Assembly (NCBI RefSeq): GCF_001194135.2
Contig: NC_068986.1
Location: forward strand, 70,952,605 to 71,016,604
DNA: 64,000 nt
Direction: 5' to 3'
Origin: Octopus bimaculoides
Lineage: Eukaryota
The notes beneath the pieces were generated by a model. It was given only the letters and a program-made list of their open reading frames with translations. It ran no database searches and was not told the DNA's origin. This document shows positions 33,370-47,699 of the stretch, in pieces. Made by a program: the position numbers and the translations under genes. Numbering within the stretch: position 1 is the stretch's first letter; each line of letters begins with the position of its first letter.

Positions 33370-33900
33370 TATAGGATATCAATGAACATATAAAATTTGA
33401 AGTGGAACACCTCAATAACACCGATTCCTTATCTCTGCTTGATTTTGAGCTACAAACCACAGAGAACGTATCGATTTCCACAAACATTTCAGAAAGGCAG
33501 CATGCAGGGGCCTATTTTTTACATCATAATTCACCCTTGCTTATTAGAGCAACGATGGCCTACATTAGAAATGAAATCCACAGGATGATTTGTAGATGCA
33601 GCGATGCAGGAAGCAAATGCACCAACTCCATACGATTTTAAAAAATCCTGATGACTATGCATACTCTTTCATTAAATACAAGGGCATCGCTAGATCACTT
33701 AACAAAATCCACACTTTCAAGGATAACGTGATTTTTTTGAACTTGCCACATTTTAACGAACAAATAACTGTTGCAATCCGCTTTGCGACCTGTAAAGGAG
33801 AGATTGAATATACAACCTGAGGTTCATTATTGAAAACGGACCGAGACAAAGTAACACCTTATGTACATTGTCCAAATACCCGGTCAGAAATGAAAATGGA
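33370..33900 (+). mobile_element. Penelope-like element, RT thumb and linker fragment
   Basis: INEHIKFEVEHLNNTDSLSLLDFEL...FLHHNSPL...YIRNEIHRMICRCSD matches the PLE IKFE.E....SLSLLDF...NEI.RI..RCS motif. Confidence 0.7.
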
Positions 33901-33924
33901 AAAATATTTGCCTTGTGTTATTAC

Positions 33925-34190
33925 TTGTTCCAATCCATGTTTCACTTCCTGCGATCGCGACGCTTCATCAACCAAGAAGACGTGGAAGCTTCAATGAAGG
34001 AATTCTTCGCTTCGAAGGACAAGAACTGGTATCAGTGTGGGATCAAAGAACTGGCAGAAAGGTAGCTTCAGACGGTGCAACACGATGACCTCTACATTAA
34101 ATGCCAGGTTGCTTTTGTTGTAACTTGAATAAAGTAAATAAGTTACTAAAATATTGCAAAACTTTTTACTCAGCACAATATTTAATTCAT
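33925..34190 (+). mobile_element. mariner transposon 3' end
   Basis: YYLFQSMFHFLRSRRFINQEDVEASMKEFFASKDKNWYQCGIKELAER* (mariner C-terminus) followed by a TIR-like gcaaaactttttactcagcacaata. Confidence 0.8.
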
Positions 34191-36147
34191 CCTAATATTT
34201 CAGGTATAATAGATGTTTTGAAAAATGTTAAGAAAAAGAGAGAAATATGTCCGTTCGCCTGGAATGTTCAGAAACAGATGCCATGCAAACAGATGATTTC
34301 TTTCTTGTTTTCTAAACACTTTTGTAAAGAGGTATTTTACTCGAAATATCAGGACTATTGGTTTACCTTTCACGCCAAACGTGCTCTGCCTAGATGAAAT
34401 ATTTCCAAGTGGGAACAATCAAACCTGCACCCTAAATACTAGCCTTCCTTTACAAATTTAGCAAGTACTTGTGCTCAGAACTGTTGCCAACTTTCTCCAT
34501 AGCTGAAGTTGCACATTGGGGTACTGCCCAAACATCCGGGATGAGAGTACTGCTGCACACAGAAAAAATTCTAGGCCTCATCAAAATAAAACCATTATAC
34601 TTATTGAATAAAAAATAATTTAACATACTTCAACCGCTTACCATAAACATACTAACCCCGCAGCCAGCCTTTTATGCAAATATAACGACTTCGGCTCCTC
34701 AGAGCTAGCTATTCGCATTCTATCTATACCTATACACATACGGCTCACTTATTTTCCCACCCGTCTCCAACCTTTGTATATCTCATCTCATTTCGAATTT
34801 CTAAGCAAGGGACAATGTGCCAAACACACATAGGTGTTGTGAAGTTGGGGAACACTTCCATTGAATTCACTTTGGGATACTAAACGACAAAGATGCCACC
34901 TAATGTTTAAATATACTTTTCGAACAGGGTTACCTCAACGATAGCCACTAAATACTCGTGAGCAACTCGGCGAATGAATTTTTACGGATCTAAATGGATT
35001 AAATTTCTTTTAAAGCTATATGTTGATTAAACCATCCCCACAGTGTATCAACACGAGATGGAGGTTCGTCTGATTGGTCTTGATGGATCAATAAGTTTGT
35101 GCAAATGCGATACTGTTAACCAAGGTATGTTTTTCGACTTTTATGATGATGATTGACTTTTATTACGTATGGTTGTAATTATACATTACAGACTAAGATT
35201 TTAATGTAATGGTATTACACATAATAAATATGCATCTGAGGCAGAAAAAGGGGAACAAGACCCCTGAAGCGGCTCAACTCCTGTGTTACAGAATGACTAT
35301 CATTATCTCTATCAAATTAGCAACTATAAGTGATTTTCAGCGCTACATAAATACCACTTGTTTCATATATAATTTGTCAGCCACTTATCACTTGCTCAGT
35401 AACCTATTCAACAAGTGATAATAGCCTCTTAGCAGGTGTTCTACCCCCGTTCGATCTATGAACCCTATAAATATGTATAATTTATGAATTAACGGCAAAT
35501 CTATTTATTTTACAGCTATGGCTGAGACAATAAAACCATGGAATGTTCACGCTGTGCAGGCTACAGCGTTGCAACAAGAAACGAACCCAAAACTATTTGA
35601 TTGCAACAGGCAAGACTGAATAGTTAGTAATTTGTTTCGCAATCATGAAGCTTCGTGTTTCACATCACTATCCGACTCATTGGACAATTGCTCTCGGTGA
35701 TAGCTTCGTGTTCGTCCCACCAGAGTAGATAAAAACAACTCTACATGCCCATGAAAAATTGTCAGCTGAAGAATAATTGTAATTTTAGGGGTTAAACTTG
35801 TAACAATGTCATGTTGAGTCTCGTAGAGAACTACATCGAGAATACAAAGGAAATATCCATCCACTTACATTTAATACAATGGGCAGGTAGGTAGATGATA
35901 GAACAATTGCAAAACTGATCATTATTTCGGCACACTGCGCTCATGTCATTTACAATAATCTCGGATTGCAAATCAGTGTAAATGCAATGCGGTACTTACT
36001 AGTCTAAAGAGTTGTAACTAAATAATGAGGCAAACTTTGTAATTCGACAGAATTACTAAAATTAATACCAGACTAAGTTGATATAATACTTTCGAAGACA
36101 GTGCCCCAGCATAGCCTTAGTTGAATGACTGAAACTAATAGACTGAT

Positions 36148-36249
36148 ATGCATGTATGTATGTATGTATGTATGTATGTATGTATGTATGTATGTGTGTA
36201 TGTATGTATGTATGTATGTGTGTATGTATGTATGTATGTATGTATGTAT
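36148..36249. repeat. (TATG)n microsatellite
   Basis: Read directly. Similar arrays lie at ~28583-28652, ~43352-43408 and 58516-58640. Confidence 0.95.
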
Positions 36250-36339
36250 GGATATCATTAACCTCACAAAGGCCAGAGTAATATTTACTCCTCCTCCAGG
36301 CTAACCTCATGTCGATCCAAACATAACAGTTGACGGTAT

Positions 36340-37290
36340 ACGGTTCGATAGGTTTCCATATCTTGAAAGCATTATCGGTAAATACTGATCACTTGATACA
36401 GAAATCAATCAGAGAATTCAAAATGCCACTTTATCATTTGGAAAACTAAAGAAAAAGCTACAAGAGTATCGGGTTTTCAACTTGTAATTATATTGTATAC
36501 AGATCATGCGTACTAACTGTATTGTATGTATCTGAAGAGGAGGACAACCTTCAGGTGGCACATGAAATGGCCTGAAAGGTTTCACATTGAATTTTAATTC
36601 TGGATTGAAATCTCCTGGAATTTACTCTGTTTTCTTCCTTTCGCAAGAGTCATTTGAGCTCTGCATGTTCAATATTTGCTTCAAATTCCCCGCAACCAAC
36701 TTTAATTATACAACGGCAACCTGATATGTTCTTTACTAAGGACTCTCAATTTCTAATGTCCTCAGAATCTTCAAGTTATCCTTAGCTGCATGTATGAATC
36801 GCATTTAACTGAAGTGAACTTTTTTGAAACCAGATACGGATGTACTGAGGAGAGCCGGCTGTGAAAGTATTGAGATGATTACTAACAATCAAATGCATTG
36901 GACTGGTTGTGTCAGGATAGACGATACCAGATTACCCAAGAGGTCGCTTTATGGACAACTTTCAAATAAAAAGAGGCCAAATCATAAACCAAACAAGCGA
37001 TTCGAAGATGTAGTTAAGAACAGTTTTAATATTCTGAATTTTATATTAGAAATTGGAATCCTTTGCAAAGAACAGAACAGGCTGGCTTCGTATGATTAAA
37101 GAAGTTTGCGAGAAGTTTGAGGCAAAGCGTATTTACATGCAGAGTTCAAGAGATCATTGCAAAAGGGATAAAACAGAATTTAAATTCAATGTATGCAACA
37201 AAGTATTGCTTTCTAGAAGCGGTCTCGTTAATCACCAACAATCGCATGTAGTAAGGGAAACACAAGCAAACTATGATGATCTTTTGTCGC
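36340..37290 (+). mobile_element. RTE/BovB-like LINE 3' fragments
   Basis: F.YL..I....EINQRIQNATLSFGKL; TDVLRRAGCESIEM...HWTG..RIDDTRLPKRSLYGQL; C-terminal Zn-finger-like CNKVLLSRSGLVNHQQSH. Confidence 0.75.
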
Positions 37291-38947
37291 AGAGGCCTGG
37301 TGCAAGTATAAGAATGTGTCTGTCTTGATGTAGGCATAAGGTGGTGTTGTGTATGTAATTGTGGTCCATAAAGTTTAGTAAAGTGTCCAGAGAATAGTAA
37401 GAAACTGGTAAAATCTACGAAGGGAAAAAGATAACTGTGATGAAGTTGAGAAATGGACAGGAAAAGCGTAAAGCTAGATGCGACGTACATGATGTAAAAA
37501 GAAAATGGTGGTTTGTGAAAATATTTTTGAGTGATTTGTGGATGGCAAAGGGAGGATAACAAAAGGATGGTAACAAGAGGGTAACACGTTCGCGATTTGT
37601 TAGCATGCATGATAAAGTGTAGGAAGCTGCTAAGCAGACGTGAGAAGTGGAGGGGAAAGAAGGCGTGATTCACAGTTGTCAATTTAAACAGGTTATAGTT
37701 ACAAGCGGTTTCCGAGACGCATAAGTCAGTGAGTGTACAAGACTTCTCTGGATGCGACGCTAGTCTATCGTAATGTTAATTATATTATTGCAGGAACTCA
37801 TTTCAATTGAGTATACTAGAACAGCTTGAATTAAAGCGCTTTGCTTAAGGATACAGTGTGCTGCTAGGTGACACTATTGAACATGGAGTTCTTGTATCTT
37901 TTTAATCATTGTTTTTTTTTGTATATTCACGCAAGAGTTCCTTGCCGTTTCTTTGTAGCAGTACGGCTTCCAAATCCCTCGTTAACATTTCTAGCCCTTC
38001 ATTATTATATCTTCTGAGTGAAGAGATGGTGTGTGTTGCTCCTTCTTTATTTATAATAGAGGCAATACGACCATCACGCATATGAATAGATTTTACAAAC
38101 AAAAAAAGAAGCTTACTTACAATGCATAAATCTAACGACCGAGAATTAAACTTTTAGATAGAAGTGCTGACACCATTCACATTCGTACAGTTTATTCTAA
38201 AAAGGCAGCAACACACGATGACATTACATATTCAAAACGAGGCTACGAGACTCTAAAAGCGTTGAGGATGTATCGCGGTAACATTACCGTTTCAAATAAA
38301 CTACAAGAAACTATTATGAAGACATGGAAACATCAGGAGAGAAAAGATAAAGCTGAAATACAGGAATATAGTCGTATTTCATGTCCAATACATGTCTAAA
38401 AGAAATTATATATATATATATATACAAATCTGTATGTTTATGCATACAGCATACATATATGTATATGAGTATATATATATATATATATNNNNNNNNNNNN
38501 NNNNNNNNNNNNNNNNNNNNNNNNNNNNNNNNNNNNNNNNNNNNNNNNNNNNNNNNNNNNNNNNNNNNNNNNNNNNNNNNNNNNNNNNNNNNNNNNNNNN
38601 NNNNNNNNNNNNNNNACACATGTACAAATAGAAACTAACCGGTATTACAAGTTCTTCATTAGATATTTGTTTTCTGTTTTCATCTGTGATTTTAATATAG
38701 ATTGTTTTAGGCTGCACAGCAAATTTCATTAATGTAACTGAGTGTTTACATGTTTATTCTGTTGCATTCACCTGTAGCAATCTCAATAGTGTCCTTTTCT
38801 CACTTAATAAAGCACACTGATAACGTTAATAGGTTCTTCTTCTGAGTGACATCACGGAGTGACACTTAAAATAAATCGCTGAAAGGCTGCACAAGTAATA
38901 GCAAGCTGGAAAGAGCATTATGTGAACAGATATACACAGACAGAGAC

Positions 38948-39017
<70 letters not shown>

Positions 39018-39757
39018 GCACGCTCAAATATACTCATACACACCTAAGCATATAATGAAAGAAGTCCCTATTTTCGATATCTATATATCTTGATAGAAAA
39101 GATGGGCAGGAGAATGTGTTTTTTCTGAAAATATTTTGAATTTCTCGGGTAATATTCATGAATCGTGAATGTACTTTGAATTCAAACAAATGCCTGAGTT
39201 CTGAATTTAAAGCAAGCATCAAAACATCGAATGGGAAACTGAAAATGGAAACCGAAAGTGAAAACTGAAAGACGATTTCTGTATCATAATGGAATATAAT
39301 TTTGTATAACAAGCGATCTGTCCTGCGCATTATTTTGGTTTTGAGTATGCAAATTTGCGAAGTAAATCTTAAAATTGAAGCCCTGTGCTCCATTTTAAAA
39401 TATTTGATTGTGTACAAACCTAATACATAATGAGAAAAGCGATAGTATTATGCTGATTTGGTATGAATTGACGAAATGTATTACGAGTTTCATTTACTAA
39501 GATGGAATGAATCAAATGAAAGTAAATCATGGGACATTTCAAGTGTGGAATTGTTTCCAGAGAAAGTCATAAGCTGAATATTTTCAAGTGAATTTCATTT
39601 TAAATGTAAACATTTTTCTATCTCAAGCATAAGGATTTTCTGAAGAATTTTGGAACCTGTTCTATCATCGTCTTGCTCCGTGAAGTGTTTTTGTTAATTC
39701 TCCGAAGAAATTGATATTTATTAATGGTTCTGGTGTTGAAAGCACTTTAAAGATACA

Positions 39758-40321
39758 ATGGAGAAAGAACGTACTTTGTGCTCATCGCTAATACCAAAAG
39801 TTTCTATGATGCCATCAAGACGATTTGACAATAGGATAATAATAAATGTCAGTGGTATTCGTTATGAAACTTACAAATCGACGTTAAAAAATATTCCTGA
39901 TACTCGATTGTCTTGGCTAACTGAGACAACTGCTAGTAACCCTGATTACGATCCTGTAACAGACGAATTTTTCTTTGATCGTCATCCCGGAGTATTCTGT
40001 ATGATTCTGAACTATTACAGAACGGGATTTCTTCATGTTCCTACAGATGTATGTGGTCCACTTTTTGAAAATGAATTAAACTTTTGGGGTCTTGATGAAA
40101 AACAAATAGAACCCTGTTGTTGGTCAAATTATCGTGCACACCGAGAAGCCCAGCAGACTGTCACTGAATTGGATAATGGAGAAGATGAAGATATCCATGA
40201 AGATGAAGTACCAAATATATTTGGTATTAGTGATGATGTCAGTGAAAGAACATTTTGGCAAAACTGGAAACCAAAAATTTGGAGAATAATGGAATATCCC
40301 AATTCTTCTATACCAGCTAAA
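39758..40321 (+). CDS. Shaw: Shaw/Kv3 (KCNC-family) voltage-gated potassium channel, first coding exon (T1 tetramerisation domain to pre-S1)
   Basis: 188 codons from ATG to the aaa|gtaaga donor. Motifs [31 protein letters not shown] and the Zn site H-x5-C-x20-CC ([29 protein letters not shown]) are typical of Shaw/Kv3. Pre-S1 reads [15 protein letters not shown]. Possible acceptor at ctatctcaag|39628. Confidence 0.95.
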
Positions 40322-40637
40322 GTAAGATAATTTTCTATTTTTAACAACTTCACATTTTTTTGGCTTCATTAATAACAGTTCTATGTTTTTACAGCTCAGT
40401 GTTTTTGTCACAAATTTATTGGAATTAAAATCCCCAAAGCTGTATATTTCTGATATTTGCAACCAGTTTATGACAATTTTGTTTTGAGTTTGTACTTTAC
40501 GAAATACCTTTAATGTTTATCAAAAGCCGGGTATGTGCCAAACTTTTGTATTACCTTACGACCGTGTGTTTTATATTGCAATTATATATAATCCCAATAT
40601 AATTTAATTAAATATACTTTATCAAAATTATATAAAT

Positions 40638-41013
40638 AGGTGTAGGCGTGGTTGTGTAATAAGGAGTTTACACTCCAACCCCACCGTTCTGGATTTAGTT
40701 TGACTGCGTGACACGTTGAGCAAATGTTTTCTACAATCGCCTCAGACAGACCTTGATGAGTAGATTTGATAGACGGAAACTGCAATAAGCCTGCTATTTA
40801 TAAATAAATATGTACACCTACACACACACACATGAGTATGTGTGTGCTTGTGTTTGTCCCTACCACAGCATAGTAGCCGATGTTGGTTTGTTTACGTCCC
40901 TGTAACCAGTGATTTGGCAAAAGAGATCGATTAAATAATTACCAGGCTTCGATTAAACCCTTCAAGGCGGTACCCCAGCATGGCTGCAGTCTAATGACTG
41001 AAATAGGCAAAAG
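40638..41013 (+). mobile_element. SINE family A, full-length degenerate copy, ~320 bp into the Kv3 intron
   Basis: aggtgtaggcgtggttgtgtaataagg...acggaaactgc...ccgatgttgg...ccttcaaggcggtaccccagcatggctgcagtc. Confidence 0.8.
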
Positions 41014-41030
41014 GTAATATGAACAGTATA

Positions 41031-41192
41031 AGGCGTGCCTGTGTGGTCAGAAGCTTGCTTCCCAATCACATAGTTCCGAGTTCAGTTCCGCTGCGGGGTA
41101 CCTTGGACAAGTGTCTTCTATTATACCTTCGAGCTGACCAAAGCTTTGTGAGTCGATTAGGTAGAGGGAAATTGAAAGAAGCCCGTTGTATA
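41031..41192 (+). mobile_element. SINE family A, 5' half (3' tail remnant at ~41505-41575)
   Basis: aggcgtgcctgtgtggtcagaagcttgcttcccaatcac...ccttggacaagtgtcttcta...gaaagaagcccgttg. Confidence 0.85.
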
Positions 41193-41413
41193 TANNNNNN
41201 NNNNATATATATATGTACACATATATATACAGCGATGTAACTACACATGTACTGTTGGTGATTTATTTACCTTCTTTGGACTTCTACCTTTCTTCTTTCC
41301 GACGAAGAGCTATACTCAAAACGTCAAACTCTCTTTTCGTTGAGTGTCAAGCTAATAATTCCTTGTGCACGTCCTCTTGTTGTCCGTTAATTTTATTCAT
41401 TTATTCGAATTGC

Positions 41414-41414
<1 letters not shown>

Positions 41415-41502
<88 letters not shown>
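41415..41502. repeat. (TCTA)n microsatellite
   Basis: Read directly. Confidence 0.95.
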
Positions 41503-41504
<2 letters not shown>

Positions 41505-43378
41505 CAAGACAGTACCCCAGCTTGGCCGCAGTCTAATGACTGAAACAAGTAAAAGATGAAAGATAAAGATAAAAGTTATATGAATAAATTTATAAGATTA
41601 AATAAATTATCGAAAGTATTTATCTAAATATTTTCAACTGCGTTAATGGAGATTTTGTTTTTACCTTTGATAATATTAAAATATCATAATTAAACGTTTA
41701 TCATTCCAGTTACAGCGTGTGCTGATCATTCGTAATGTGTTTATTAAGTGAACATACTGCTTAGTATATGGAGTTAAGCATGTAGTCTTTGGAGATAATT
41801 TCAGCTTTAGAATCTGAATATTACCGTTAAATGTCAAGGAGGCATTGAATAACTAATCTATATCTTACACGAATCAGTTATCTTATAAAATCTGTCTTCA
41901 CCAATATTTAACCCCCTTAAATGTATTACGTTTTAAATACGCTTTCTCTGAAGGAGATTTGATACCGACTCGGTTAGATTAATGGGTTGCTAATCATATC
42001 CTTTTTTTTAAAAAAATATTTTGCTACGTGGCCGGCATAATGTTTAGTTTGTAAAGCTGTATATTTGTAGTTCAAGAGAAAAATAGATTGAGGGGGAATT
42101 ACAGAGGGATGCAGAAGGATTGAGTGAATTGCAAAGTAAAGGAATATGAAATCGAGAAATAATGGGGTTGAGAGACGAGAGAGGAATAAAGAATTGGTTT
42201 AAGTGATTGTGTTTTAAATTGCTAACAGCTACATTAGCTGATGCTGTTATTGTAGCTGTAGAAGTTTGAGAAAGAAACTGTATCACATTAGTGGACAAAC
42301 TTCACAACAGATCCAACCACTCAAATAATTTCCTTTCTTTTTTTAGTTTGAAGACCAGTGTGGTATTTCATAATATATTATCTTTTGACGATTAAGTTTT
42401 CATTTAACTTTCTAGCTTCAAATACTCTTTAGTAGTAGATATCAACGCTGAAGATGATGGTGAAGGGGATGAAGCATAGAGAACTGGTACAGTGAGGATT
42501 ACTGCAACTACATCCACAAGGCTTAGTTGAGAATGATAAAGTGATCCAAGGAAACATGTTAGTACTTATAAATTAAATATAAGGATTTGTATTTGATAAA
42601 AAGAAATTTGGCTGCATTATAAGGACCTAGGGAGTGGGAGCTTAGAAATCGAATTGTATTGAATATGCGAATCGACTATATAAACAATCCCAATAGTGAT
42701 ATGTACTACAAGACCAATAAATACAACAATACATGAACAAGTGAAATTACAGACATAAAACAAGCTATGCACACGGAAACAGAGCAATACAAACCGTATG
42801 GAAAGCAAGTTATTAAAAGAAATATATATATAACAGAAATAGGATATCCTTCATAGCAAAATAGCAACTAAAAACTGTTCTTTGCCGAGTTAATCCTTGT
42901 AAAGATATAAAGAATTAGTAATCGTTAAGAGAAAGTAAAGAACCCGATACGAAAACGATAAAAAAAAAACATACATTCAAACTGAATACGAAAAAATCTA
43001 CAGAAAATGAAGAAACAAGGAACTAAATGCTGAGACATAGCAACCACTCTCAGAGGTTGTTTTTTGAAAAATTAAGAAGTTGGATATTGTTGATTTCATT
43101 TGTGTTTCTTGCCGTGACGTACGTTCTTCTGGGATCTCAACTAAAAAGATGTCTTTATATTTTTTGAAAATATCCACACCCAAAGCGTAAGTTTGAAGGT
43201 ATGGAAGAGTTGTAAATATTTGACTCCTAAGCTGTTGCAATATCTGGTGCTAATTGGAGACGGGAGTAATTTTGGCACTATTGTGGTGTCCACTTCGGAG
43301 ACTGGTATAGCGTTCAGTTTCAGAAGTTTCTGATAGACCCTTTGGGAACTTACATACAAACATACATACATACATACA

Positions 43379-43411
<33 letters not shown>

Positions 43412-43968
43412 GACGTCATTTGGTGCTTGGAGTGCTTTTATATATAAAGTCTGTAGGGAGAAATGTTCTTCGAAGCAAAATCTTTCAACTAATGCCATTC
43501 ACATTCGAGTGTGCAGGAATATGTTAAAAATAGACGTATGCATCATTATTTTGTTTCTCGTGCTTTGTTTGCTTGTACTGAATATATNNNNNNNNNNNNN
43601 NNNNNNNNNNNNNNNNNNNNNNNNNNNNNNNNNNNNNNNNNNNNNNNNNNNNNNNNNNNNNNNNNNNNNNNNNNNNNNNNNNNNNNNNNNNNNNNNNNNN
43701 NNNNNNNNNNNNNNNNNNNNNNNNNNNNNNNNNNNNNNNNNNNNNNNNNNNNNNNNNNNNNNNNNNNNNNNNNNNNNNNNNNNNNNNNNNNNNNNNNNNN
43801 NNNNNNNNNNNNNNNNNNNNNNNNNNNNNNNNNNNNNNNNNNNNNNNNNNNNNNNNNNNNNNNNNNNNNNNNNNNNNNNNNNNNNNNNNNNNNNNNNNNN
43901 NNNNNNNNNNNNNNNNNNNNNNNNNNNNNNNNNNNNNNNNNNNNNNNNNNNNNNNNNNNNNNNNNNNN

Positions 43969-44005
<37 letters not shown>

Positions 44006-47000
44006 TATACGTACATACACACACAGACACACACATATATACATATACACAAGCAAGCATACACACACTAATCTGTATGTATAAAACATCCATCCACGCC
44101 CACGAAAAGGAACAAAATATCTGCTCACCTGTATTCTGAAAACTTGAAGAAAGCCTTGATTTTTAGAGGAGAAATGGCTTGCCAGATGAATTAAAGCGTT
44201 CTAGATGATCTTAGGGAGGTAAACCTAAATTTAAGTCGTAAATGCTATGTCAATAGAGAAAAGAAATAAAAATGTCATTTGATAAATTTTTTTATCACTT
44301 ATGTATACAGTCAACCAAAACACCATAGAATTGTAAGCTACTACGAAAGCAATATCTGCATAAAAGGTGCATTAAATGAGGGTGATATTGGTCCAGGGTG
44401 AAATGTTATAATTTGAACCACTAACTTTATCATGCATAGTCTAGAGGTTTAACAACATTAATTGGAAAGTATCTATAGGGATGAAACTCTAAAATTATTT
44501 ACGAAACAACGGGTGTACTATCAAAAATCAAATAACACCGACAACTGAAACCAAAATATTTATAATTTGAAGCCTCGTCCTATTTTTAAAAAATTGCTAA
44601 AATTACTGCAGTTATATTGGATCTCGAACTCAAAGACGAAAGAGTAATGTCAAAACATAATGAACACACCAAAGTTTGAAGTTCAATATGTAATTTGAAT
44701 ATAACATTTAGCATTAAATTTTAATTTTGAACTTGTATTGCATTTAATCATATAACCAAACATATTTTAAATAGAAACTCAGGCACTTCAATGATCTGCA
44801 TTTTGAAAGATGATGTCAAAATATCAGTTTATGTTTCAAATTATTTCTATCCTAATCTACTTGACTACAAATATATATATAAATACGAGATATCGTTGGA
44901 TCAATTAAAAAAGAAATAAAAACACTTATAAACATTTACATATACAAGTAAACGTATATGTAAATGTGAAGTGTATTTTGTGGTGCAGTGATACAAATCT
45001 GTATTAAGAAAATAATGAAAATATAGTTACAACAGCAAGCAACAGAATCATCAAGAACATTTCGAAGATTATAACTGTTTGGATAATCTTCTTGTAAGAT
45101 AAAAACGTGTACTTATGTATGTATGTATGTAATGCATGTCTGTGTGTATGTTTGTGCGTGCATGTGTGTGAGCATGTGTGCATATAAGTTGTGATTGGTA
45201 TTTTAATTCGTACAATCAAGTATTTGTAAATGTAGTTGCCAATGTGCATGCGAGATAGTTGCTTATAGTGATTTCGCACATCACTTTATATCATTAAACC
45301 ATCTAAATAGCGTAATACTTGTAATATCTATAAAAAAGTATTAAAATTAACAAGTATATTTAAATACAAAAAGAGAAGAATTAAGGAAAATACGAACGTA
45401 ATTTATTGATAAATTTCACAAAGAATAGTTTTCATAACTATTTATGTTCTCTATAATGTCCATTAGCTCCAATCAAACCATTCACCTGATAGGATATTTT
45501 ATCTTCCATTGGCTTTTATAATTTTATATTCTGACGCTGAATTGCTTATTTTGGCATTTCTTTATGTCTCTTTCGAAGCTTTGACATTTTTGTACATTAG
45601 TATTTTATTATAGCTTTTTATTCAGACACATTTTAAATGTAGTTTGAGTTTAGATGTCTATACGTTGCAGCTTTTTGCGTTCTTTTATTATAAATATCTA
45701 GCCTTTCTATTTTCATGCCATATTTTATCATTGTGAAAGTTAAGTTCCAAGTGAGTGGATCAGAATAGACATCATTTTCAGAATTCAACTTTCATATTCA
45801 GTTTCGTTTGTTCGATTGTATTTATTATCATCTCACAATTGCCGTCCATTAATTTACCCTATCACCTGCATTTGAAATGAAGATTCTTACAACTGTCAAA
45901 GAAACATTTTCAACCTCAGTTTTGCTTTCATAATATTTCTTTCCAACACTGACAAATTCACAAATATTTATAACAGAATATTCTTTATGCCAGCAACTCT
46001 TAGTAAACCTATACAATTACATATGCGCAGGTAATTACTTTTAAATAAATATTATTCACACATTCACATAGATATGCCTTCACGAATTGATTTTCAAAAA
46101 GTTGTTTATGTGTAAGATCGGTTAATTTGCATTAATGTTATGTAATCATGTATTTTACGGCAATAGCATTAGTTATTTTAAATATATTTTAGATTATATA
46201 TTTTAGAAAATATATTTTTAGGCTATAATGTTATCTATAAAGCAAATATTATTTAATGAATTTGATATTTAATGTTAGACTGCCAAACATGCTTTGAAGT
46301 GGTTATTATATAAATATGCTAAAAAATAGCGCTGGTAATAATTTATATACCAACTTAATTGATTTAATGAAATAGAAACGCCTACAATGTCTATCTTAAA
46401 GTATTGGGAACATTTTTGTCTTCGAGCTTGCATACGTACAGGCTGACAACACAGCTGAATTTAGTAACAGTTTCTGCTAAAATATGAATGGAATTTGGTC
46501 AAAAGAAATATTCATATTTGACAGTTGAAAACGAAAAAGACTATTTCCAAAATTTTGCATCATTGGTCTCTCGATCTCCCTTATTCCACACAATCTGTGC
46601 TACAAATATCTATGTATTGATTAAACTACATCATACAATGGTGCTACGAAACAAAGATAGACCAAAGAATATTAAAATATCAGAATTGAAAAAATATGGC
46701 ATTCACAGCTTTTCTGTAAATTTTTGTACTGATACAAAAATTGACTGGTCTATAAAGGAAATCCATTCCATAGAATTTTAAAAGCCGAAAGATCTTGACA
46801 TCATTGTAAACTTCCATACAAACTCTATCTCGAATGAAAAGAGGAAAGAAAAGGCTAAAGATCAGTGCAGAAGTCTTTGAGTATCGTATAATATTATTCA
46901 GACAACATCAGCTAAACAATAAAAATAATATATCAACCAAGTGCTAAAATGTGAATAGAACCAACATCTTACAGGTTGGTAATGAGCCCCTAAAGAAGTA

Positions 47001-47026
47001 CTTACTTTCCTGATAACCTTCTATAC

Positions 47027-47228
47027 GAGCCAGGGCCAGTGATTTCAGGAGAGAGATAGGTTGATTAGATCGACCTCAGTACGCAACTGGAACTTATTTT
47101 ATCAACCCCGAAAGGATGAATGGCAAAGTCAACCTCGGCGGAATTTGAACTCAGAATCTAAAGACTGACGGAATGCCGCTAAGCATTTTACCCTGTGTGA
47201 TAACGGTTCTGCCAAATCGCCACCTTGG
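47027..47228 (-). mobile_element. SINE family B
   Basis: Reverse complement reads ggtggcgatttggcagaaccgtt...gagttcaaattccgccgaggttgactttgccattcatcctttcgggg. Confidence 0.88.
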
Positions 47229-47699
47229 GTTAAGGTAATATTAATATGAAGTGTAGTCTCTGTCGGACTCGTAACTGTTATATCACGTCACACACACAAC
47301 CGCACTCACAAGCACACATACACAGACACAGACACAGACACACACACACGCAAATTACATGTAAATATATATATATGCATACGTAATACGTATATTATAT
47401 ACATATATACATATGTATACACACACACACATATATATTCATAGAATAGGAAATTATATATGCATATGTGTATATATACTTACATACTACACACACATAC
47501 ATCCATACATCACTCATCATCATCCTCACTCAGTGTCATCAACTGTTAGCAGTTTGAATATCAAGTATCTCCATTCGGGTCATTTCTCTGCCATTCTTAA
47601 ACATTCATCATACGATACTTCGGTTCAGAACTTGATGTTATTAAATCAGTTTGTTATAGTTCTTTCTCACGAACATTTTCCATTTATCTTTCTTTCTAG

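Larger units (their letters stand above)
9454..43968. other. Assembly gaps at 9454-9463, 10199-10479, 11766-11775, 19775-20059, 31577-31586, 38489-38615, 41195-41204 and 43588-43968
   Basis: N runs read directly. Most abut microsatellites. Confidence 0.98.

Noticed and set aside
41300-41335. Hammerhead-like ccgacgaagagctatactcaaaacgtc
   Set aside because: The core is mutated (CCGACGA, AAAA) and there is no helix I pairing, so it is at best a dead PLE terminus.
42044-42298. Possible Kv3 downstream exon
   Set aside because: No transmembrane or pore motif. LQRDAEGLSE on the + strand is closer to a CR1-type RT remnant.
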